Below are positions 55,156-64,000 of a stretch of DNA of 64,000 nt, piece by piece. The notes under the pieces were generated by a model. It worked only from the letters and a program-made list of their open reading frames with translations. It was not told the origin of the DNA and did not search any database. Made by a program: the position numbers and the translations under genes. The stretch comes from Proteromonas lacertae (lineage: Eukaryota), in assembly GCA_002245135.1 (NCBI GenBank), contig NGBS01000586.1:1-64000 (forward strand), in the 5' to 3' direction. Positions within the stretch are counted from its first letter, which is position 1. Every line of letters begins with the position of its first letter.

Positions 55156-56843
55156 TTAATAAAATGACTTGGGTATATCATTTTTAGTTACTATATTAAT
55201 CAATAAATTCATTGATTCAGAATCAAACAATTCAAAACTTGAACTCATAAATTGAATAAACAACTGCGTATCATCAGTAATATCCACATGAGGTTGAGCT
55301 GGTAAAATCCCATAATAGAATATAATTGAAATATTTTTCTATTTATATTTTATTAGTTATACATATATACTCATACATTTTCAACTATTTTGAATGAATT
55401 AGTATTTAATCTGATTCTTTTCAATGAAGTATTACTTTCTAATATTTCTAAATATCTTCTTGTTCTATATATATATAAATATGAATGAATGATAAATAAT
55501 AATACTTTGATTCACACCATCTATACCATTTAGCTAAACAATCATTATTATTTACAACAATTCTATATTCAATAAAATATGGAAAATCATCAAAAAATGA
55601 ACTACTACTAACAATCAACTTTTCAAACTTAATATTTTTTTCAATAACATCTTTAACTATAAAATTATAACTTATATTAAACTCAATCATGATATTATCA
55701 AATGTAGATTTAGTGATATTCACTGAGGTATTTTGAGATGGATAAACTGGACTAATTATTGGCATTATATGCTTTAAACATGGTACCCATACTAAATTAT
55801 CATAAGATCCATTGTTGTTATTATTCATTTCCATATCACATAAGGCAATTGGCTCAGGCCAATTCCATTGTAAGTAAAATGTAAAGAAATTGTAAATTAA
55901 TACAGGAAAATGGTGTTGATGGAAATAATTGACAAATTTTTCCACATAATATTGTCCAACTTATTCCACCTAAGTATCCGCAACAATTTCCATAGATTCC
56001 TCTTTTCTTTGACCATAGTTTAATTGTTCTAGTTAATAGTTGAAATATCTATTATATAATTACATTTTATTACACATATGTATAATAATACAGGAAAATT
56101 TGGCACTAATTGCGTTAAGGCTTGACTAACTCGAACTCCATTTAATTGAGGTATTGATTCATTAGGTAATCCTTTCCATGTATTAATATCACGAATATCA
56201 AACTCCTAATTAAAATTAGTAAATCTAAAGTTAATACATTTTTATTATTATTGTTATTATTCGTAGTAATTGCTAATGAAATGATGGATGGTGGTTGAAT
56301 ATATAATAAATCTATAGAAATATTGGTAAATTTGAATTTAACTATTGGGACATAGGCATTTCCTATTGGCACTACATCTGTTACTTCTTTACAGTTTTCT
56401 AGCTGGATAATAAAGGAATTGAAGAAAATATCCTTTGATATTCCTTGTGGACCAATACACAATCTATAAAAAAGTATCAATGATTATCACTAACTATACA
56501 TATCAATATCTGAATCATTTAAATATGTCCCTATTGTTTGTGATCCGAAAATTTCTAATTGGCAATATTTACCATCATGCGGCTAGTAATTTATAAACAC
56601 TGAATAAATACATGCGATCTACCTAACAGATCTAATTGGTTTTTTCCCCATTTCTCTAATATCTTCGACAAACTTTGCAATGATGTTTTTTATTGAAATT
56701 AAATGGTTACTGACTGCACATTGAACTGTAAATCATAAATTCATAGAATAATATACTCCAAGAGATGTTTGATATCAGACTTAACTTGCGAAGATATTGA
56801 TGAAAGCTTGTCAACAATTGAATACCCTGTAATTGGTTTCCAT
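55156..56843 (-). CDS. Canonical-type poly(A) polymerase, divergent
   Basis: GSQTIGTYLNDSDID, AYVPIVKFKFTNISIDLLY, LNGVRV, IKLWSKKRGIYGNCCGYLGGISW, WNWPEPI, MPIISPVYPSQN and WCES. Introns plus apparent frameshifts; start position uncertain. Confidence 0.85.
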
Positions 56844-56979
56844 TCAAAAATTAAAAATTAACATATAAAATCTAAATAAGAAGAAAAATGAAAAATGAAG
56901 AGTGATTTGTCAAACATTTTTTATGACCTTCTATAGTTACAACAAAATATCCTACAATATGAATAATAAAATAAACAAT

Positions 56980-57336
56980 CTAATATATGTTATATTCTTT
57001 ACCGATTTTTCCTGCTTTCAAACAGTGTTGGCACAAATGATGTCTTAACTTCCACTGTCCACAATTTCTACACATCATTACATGACATATTGGTTGTTGT
57101 TTCATTTGTATTAGATTTTGTCTTTTCTTTGCATGAGAAGTCTAATCAATAAATAAATAATCATCTTTATACTCTCTTTTTTGGTACAGCGAAATAATTT
57201 ATAAATGGTATTTCAAAAAAAGGTATAGAAACTGGGGGTAATCCATTCACTACAGCAACCTGATAAGCTGGAAAGAATTTGTTTATTGAAGCAAATAAAG
57301 TTGTTCTTATAGTTGCAAATATTCTCTCTAAATACA
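56980..57336 (-). CDS. MRPL32: Mitochondrial ribosomal protein bL32m
   Basis: Presequence-like N-terminus, then FAVPKKR|TSHAKKR...CRNCGQWKLRHHLCQHC zinc ribbon across one roughly 30-nt intron. Absent from the ORF track. Confidence 0.9.
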
Positions 57337-57531
57337 TATTTTATAAATAATAAAACGAGAAAAACAATAAAATTCAAAAACAAAATCAAACTTGTTGCTT
57401 GAATTTTGTTTTTATTAAATCAACAATCGTTGAATGATATTCAACAAAATATTCATCATTGAATATTATACATTCACAAACAAATGAAATAAGTAGAAAA
57501 TACCATATAATGTAAAAGATTAATCAAATAT

Positions 57532-57968
57532 TTACTGTTCTCCTTCATCTTCTGTCTGCGTTGTTTCATTCCTAACAGATGATTTTAATAGTATATGATT
57601 ATTCATCATTAACAACGAAGGCTTAGGAGTTAATCCAATCACAACTCATTCTCGAATTAGAGAATCCAGAATGAACAACACTAGGAGTAAACGGTAGTTT
57701 AGGTGGAGAAGGTGATTTTATTGGAGAATTACCAATTCTAGCAATATTAGAACCATCATATCTTTCAGTTTTCATTTGAGTATTATACAACACACATTTT
57801 GATAGAATTAGTTTAAACGCTGGTGATAATGAATATACAGTAAAATTCAATTCATGTCCCATTAATTCTTTAGCTTCATGTACCCACGGTAACATATCAG
57901 CTGGTGAGAATATATTGGGAGGAGATAAAGTGTTAGATTTAAACTGTAAAAAATTCTCATTATCAACC

Positions 57969-58004
<36 letters not shown>

Positions 58005-58867
58005 CATCTAAATTACTAATTTCATATGATTTTGTTTGTTCACACGTATCTTTTACTACCAATTTAAACTTCCATCCTTGTAATATTCTTGGATGATCAA
58101 TTTGAAATGATGATGAAATAATACTCTCTTGTATATGGAGATATTGCTCCATGTGGTGATTTATAAGTCATTAAATTAATTTTATATTGTACTGAAGGGG
58201 ATCCTAATCTACTTCGTGGTGAAAGTGATGAGTTATTTGATTGGACAGTATGTGATCTAGATCCTAATATTGGATATTTAGATGGAGAATATTGATTTGG
58301 TGAATCGTTATTATTGTCAGCATGTTGAATATCATTTGCATTTCCGTCCATCATATCTATTGATGATGATTCTAAATTTGCAAGTGATTCATCGTGATGA
58401 TTGCTTTCTGGAGTTGAAGATAGCGAAGATGAGAATGTAAAAGGAGGTTTTAAGTTAGGAGCTCTGACTTTATGTGGAGATAACTAGTCAGATAATTAAA
58501 TTGATATTATAATAAATATAATACTGGAGCAGTGTGTAATTCTCTAGTTTTATAACTAATTGTGTCTATTAAGCCAGTATCTTGTGATCTTAGTTCATAG
58601 GGATCTTCAAATGATGGCCACATATTATTTCGATATTTTTCTACCTTTGCTGCATCATCGATTTGATATACTATACAATATAACAATATTTCAACATACA
58701 ATCAGTTTTTGGTAAAGATGATGCTTGCCAATCTTCATTAAATCTCTTTTCTAAAGACTATAACAACAAATCGTACTTCTACTTCTAGCTTGATGTCTCA
58801 ATCTTTCATACTCATCCATCTTCTGAAATTCACTCTCAACTTGAGTGTAATACATGCTTCGGCTCAT
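57532..58867 (-). CDS. Hypothetical Ser/Pro-rich protein
   Basis: Chain of coding-like minus-strand ORFs joined by short introns and apparent frameshifts; many SP motifs; no family recognised. Confidence 0.55.
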
Positions 58868-59210
58868 TGTAAGATGAGATTTAGTAAAACGTTTTATTAT
58901 TCAAATCTATTTTGCAAAAATGAAGCATTTGGTTTTTATGAAAAAGAATCAGATTTTTATTAGTTTTATAGGTATAATACTCAACAAATTACCAATTAAA
59001 ACCTCTCATCATTCAATCTAATTTTAGATAAACTAATGTCAAATATTATGTTTAGTTATTCATGATCTATGTAATATCATGCTAATCTGTAAATTGAAAT
59101 CATTCTATACCCTAAAATTGGGATGAATAAAAGAATAAAAAATAAACTGTCATAAAATTCAAATTCAAATTTTTCAAATTCAAATTTCAATTATTGATTT
59201 TGAATAAACC

Positions 59211-62200
59211 ATGAATCACAATCAACAAAAATGTATATAGTATGTTTGTTATATATCAATAGTATACACAACTGGAAGGATACGATCTAAACCTTCAATC
59301 TCTTCACAAGGTTTATCACCCGGTGGTGATATCATTAATGTATACTCAATTATTCATTTATAACTCAGGATATCTTAAAGAAGCAAGCTGAATCCCGTAA
59401 GACAGCAGAAAATGCCTATCGAAATGCCACACTTCAGCAAAAAACATTGAATGATGGTATATTTTAACCATTTTATTTCATAGAATTATCTCAAAATAAA
59501 AAAGCTCTTCACAATATAGCCAACTATGTTACTTCTTCAGTATCTTTTCAATTATATGTATTAGCTATCACCAAAATACAAACGTACACATCATTCAACT
59601 TTTACACCAGCAGGACAAAGTACTGCCAGTCCAGCTGTCACTGCTGCTACTCCAGAATTTGATGATAAGTTAGAGAATGAAAACTCTGAGCTTCTAACCA
59701 TCATTCAAAAAGAGAAGACGGAATGTATCTTTCATATATTTTTATATTCATCTATAGCTATCAGATTAAGAAATGAATTAAATAACATGAGATCAGAATA
59801 TGAAAGAGAAACTGAAAACATTCGTAAACTCTGCAACTCTTCAATAGTATATATATATATATATATATATTATCCATATTATTACATTATAGACTGAAAA
59901 AAGACATTTACCTTATGTTGAAGATTTATTAAAAAGATTCAACAGTGATTTAAACACAATGAAAACCAATTTTCAATTAGAAAAGCACGAATTAAAGAAG
60001 AAATATCGAGAAGATTTTGAAAAAGTCAAACAAACAAACACTCAATTAAAAATCAATACTGAAAACCAACATTTTCAAGATCAATCTACTATCAACAGAC
60101 TTACTCAAGAGAATTCTCAATATTCCAACCAAATTCGTGATTTAAACCGTCAAATTGAAACAATTAGATCACATGGTAACTTGGCTGATACATTAAAGGT
60201 TCAAATCAATGAATTAAATGAAAAAGCCAAAGAATATCAAGAGGAGATATCACAACTTAATGATTTCAATAGAAAGATACAAAATGAGAATCAATTACTT
60301 ATACAACAACATCAGAATGAAGTAGAAGCTTTAAATAAAGATGCAGAAATCAGAGAAGCTGAGTTATGTACAAAGATAAGTCGAATTAGAATCAGATATA
60401 AAGAAGCTGACAAGTAGTGGTAATGAATTACAGAATGTAATTGACGATTATAAGAGTAACATTAATGATTTACAAGATCAGTTACAATCTCAACAAGAAC
60501 AATATAGAAACAGTAGTTTACAGATGAAGAAAGATATACAAACGCTACAACAACATGTATCTGAATTAGAAGAAGAGAAACAAGAATTATCAACACAATT
60601 AACTAGCTTAGAAAATAATGATGAGACTACTAAAGATGAACTATCTAAACAGATGAAGAATAATGCTAATAATAGTGTAATAATAAGTCAATTAAAGCAA
60701 AAGATCATTGATTTAAATGATCAAATCAATCAACATGATGAAGAAAATCAAGCCTTAGTTGATGATATTAAACAACAATTAGCAAGAGTAACTAAACAGA
60801 AGGAATTATTAGAATCATCTTCCAATGAAAAGATTAATCAATTAAAAGATCAAATAAAGTCATTAACTGATAAGTATAATGACTTACAAGATGAACATCA
60901 GAAATACGTTGATGAGACTGAACAGAATCTACAAGAAATAGGTCAAAATAGCACATCAAAACTATCATCTTATGAAAATCTATTAAAACAATATAAAGAG
61001 AAAATAGCATCTTATACACATAGCATTAATGATTTAACTGAACAGATTAATGATTATCAAATGAAAATACAATCATTAAGTGATGAAGTAGAGGATTTAT
61101 CATTACAATTATCATCTAAAGAATCAATGTTAGAATCAAATACTCAATTAATACAGAATATGAAGGAAAAGATATCTCAATTAAATGAAAAGACTACAAG
61201 CTCAAGCACAAGAGATTCATGTTGCTAATGAGAAATATGAATTAGATATAACATCCATACAAAACCAATTACAAACTGAAAAGAAATTATCATCAAGATA
61301 TGCTGATCAAATAGAATCATTAAAGAATGATAAGAAGAAAGCAAATGATTTAATTGAGAAGTTGAATAGTGAATTATCTCAGTTGAAAGATGAAGTAAGT
61401 GAATATGAAAACGAAATATTGAAACTAACTAATGAGAATAAGAAACAATCTAATGATATTGTAACATTAAAAGAACAAAAGAATACATTAGAGAATACAG
61501 TAAATGAACAAAGTGAAGAAATAGAATCAATGAAAGAAACATTAGAAGAATCAAATAGTGATAATAACAATATGAGAAAGAAACTTAGATGAATTAAGTG
61601 AAATGAATATCAAGAACAAATCAACAATAGAATTATTATCAAAGAACATAGAAGAAAATGATAAGAAAATGAAAGAATTAGAAATAGAATATGAAGACTT
61701 AAAACAGAAATCATCTGATGATGAAAGTACATTAATAGATCAATCTAATACAATTAGTGATATAACAAGACAATTAAATGATTATAAAATCCAAAGTAAC
61801 AGAGTTACAAACTACTATAAGAGATGAACAGAAACAATTAGAATCATTAACTCAATCATTAGATAATAGTACTAAACAATATAATGAATTAAATGATAAT
61901 TACAATAAACTAATGAGTGAAAAGGAAGAATGTGATAATACAATTTCAGACCAATTACAGAAGTTGAAGGTATTATCAACTGATGTTACAAATCATGAAT
62001 CAACTATTGAAACATTAAATCAAACTATTAATCAATATAAATCATTAGCAAATGATAAAGATGAAACAATAGAGAAGAATCGTAATGAAATATCCAATCT
62101 AACTAACGATTTGAATGATATAAAATCAGAATTTACCACATTACAACAAGAATATAAATCATTAGAATCAATAAAGAAGAATCAAGATACTGAATTAGAA

Positions 62201-64000
62201 GATGTTACACAATCTGCTAGTGGATTATCTCAACAATTAGATGCATGTAAAACAACTATTGAATCAATGAATGATTCAATAGAACATTACAAATCTGAAT
62301 TAAATGAAAGAGATAATACAATAGAATCATTAAAACATGAAATTGATGATTATAAAGATAAATTAAGCAGTTTAGATGAATCATTGAATCAATTAGAAGA
62401 AGAAAATAATGAATTGAAATCCAATAAATCTGAAATGGAGAATAAAATATTAGAATTAGTAGAAGAGAATAAGAATATATCATCTTCATTAGAAACAATA
62501 CAATCATCAAACACATCATTAAATGAGAGTATTGAACAATATAAACAGATTATTGAGAAAGATAATGCAATTAATTGATAAACAAAAGAGTGAAATCAGT
62601 AATTTAACCTCCAAAGTGAATGATATGGAGAATGAATTAGCTTTATTAAAGGATAATAATATACCAGTTACAATCAGATAATGATGAGAATAATCAACAA
62701 ATAAAGTCATTAAATGACCAAATAACCAATATGCAATCACATTGTACAAGATTAAAACAATTAACAGAAGAGAAAGAGAAAGAAAATAATGATCTTAAAA
62801 CTGAATTGAATAATCTAACAGAAGAAAAAGGATCATTACAAAACCAATATAATGAATTAAGTGAAGAAAAGAAAGTAAATGATGAAAAGATTGAAAAATT
62901 AAGTAAAGAAATAGAATCAATAAATGAAAAGAATAATGGTTTAGAAGATAATATTAAGACTTTAGAAGATAAAGTAAAAGAATATGAAGAAATCATTAAT
63001 AATAATGAGAATAAGATAAAAGAATTAGAGCAAAATATAAATGAAGAAAAGAACCAAAATGATGAGCAATTGAGTTTAATAGGTAAATATGAGAATGAAT
63101 TAAGACTTACCAATGAGAATCTAGAAACAGTAAAACGAGAATCAGAATCATCTATTAATATATTACATATTGATTTAGAGAATGTAGCTGTAGAAAGAAA
63201 TGAATTGAGAGATAAACTAGAGAATAGTGAGAATAATTACCAGTTATTAAATAATGAATATATTAAATTAGAAGATAGTTATAACGAAATCAAGAAGAGC
63301 TATGATGAATTAACATCAACTAAAGAATCAAATGAAAAAACAATGAATGAACAGATTGAAAAGATTAACAGTTTAACATCCAGTATTGAAGATAAAGATA
63401 ATGAAATTAAACAATTGAATGATGAATTAGAATCATTTAAATCAACATTTAGTGAGAAAGAAGGTAATATTAACAATTTGAGTGATGAAAATGAGAAACT
63501 AAAGAACAAATTGAATGAAATAGAAGAAGAATTAAAGAATAAAGAAGAAGAATTATCTCAAATAACCACCAAATTAACTTCAAAATCCAATGATTATGAC
63601 ATATTACAATCATCCTATGATAATCTAGTAAAAGAGAAAGAAGATGTAGATAAAGTGAATGAAGAATCATTAATAAAGATATCTCAACTGAATGAGCAAG
63701 TTCAACAATATAATATAATGATTGATAATATGAATGGAAGCGTATCTGATAAAGACAATTATATAGTTGAATTAAAGACATCTTTAGATGAAAAGATAAA
63801 TGAATATGAAATAAAAGAAAAAGAAAATGAATTATTGAAAAAGAATAATGAAGAATTAAACAATGAAATTGAAGTAAATAATAATGAGATAAAAGAATTA
63901 AATGAAGAAATTGAATTATTGAAATCTCAAGTGTTATCATCGAATTCAATAAGTAATAATCTACAAACTGAAATTGAAAATTTGAAAAGTACAATAGAAC
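59211..64000 (+). CDS. Very long coiled-coil protein (3' end outside window)
   Basis: Short 5' exons with roughly 30-nt introns, then several kb of E/K/N/Q/L-rich heptad sequence broken by single-base frameshifts. Confidence 0.8.

Noticed and set aside
59150..59195. AAATTC short tandem repeats between divergent genes
   Set aside because: Too short and low-complexity to call a regulatory element, and no spacer structure of a CRISPR array.

Overview
This is an AT-rich (roughly 20-25% GC by eye) eukaryotic, gene-dense window with mostly 25-39-nt GT-AG introns (mode about 30 nt). That pattern suggests a Blastocystis-like opalinatan gut stramenopile (inference). Genes in order: long-chain acyl-CoA ligase; U11 snRNA (missed by the ORF track); membrane-anchored alpha-2-macroglobulin-family thioester protein; RPP30; EHD; TTC12-like; a hypothetical gene; tRNA-Ser(AGA); DNAAF5; HAUS4-like; and a pseudokinase-LRR. 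Next comes a large inverted duplication with arms of about 13 kb. Each arm encodes a giant type I surface protein of about 3,690 aa, built from 21 four-Cys HRM-like modules and 19 beta-rich domains, with all 13 introns in phase 1 at or next to module borders. The two copies are near-identical except for one exon encoding the tip domain, which has three hypervariable patches, and one internal linker. The spacer of about 6 kb holds an OSCA/TMEM63-like channel and an N-acetylneuraminate lyase that has gained a signal peptide and a C-terminal transmembrane anchor. The right end has duplicated gene fragments, a divergent poly(A) polymerase, MRPL32, a hypothetical gene and a long coiled-coil gene that runs off the window. 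Scattered 1-nt frameshifts in conserved genes suggest uncorrected long-read errors. All family assignments come from remembered motifs, not database searches.
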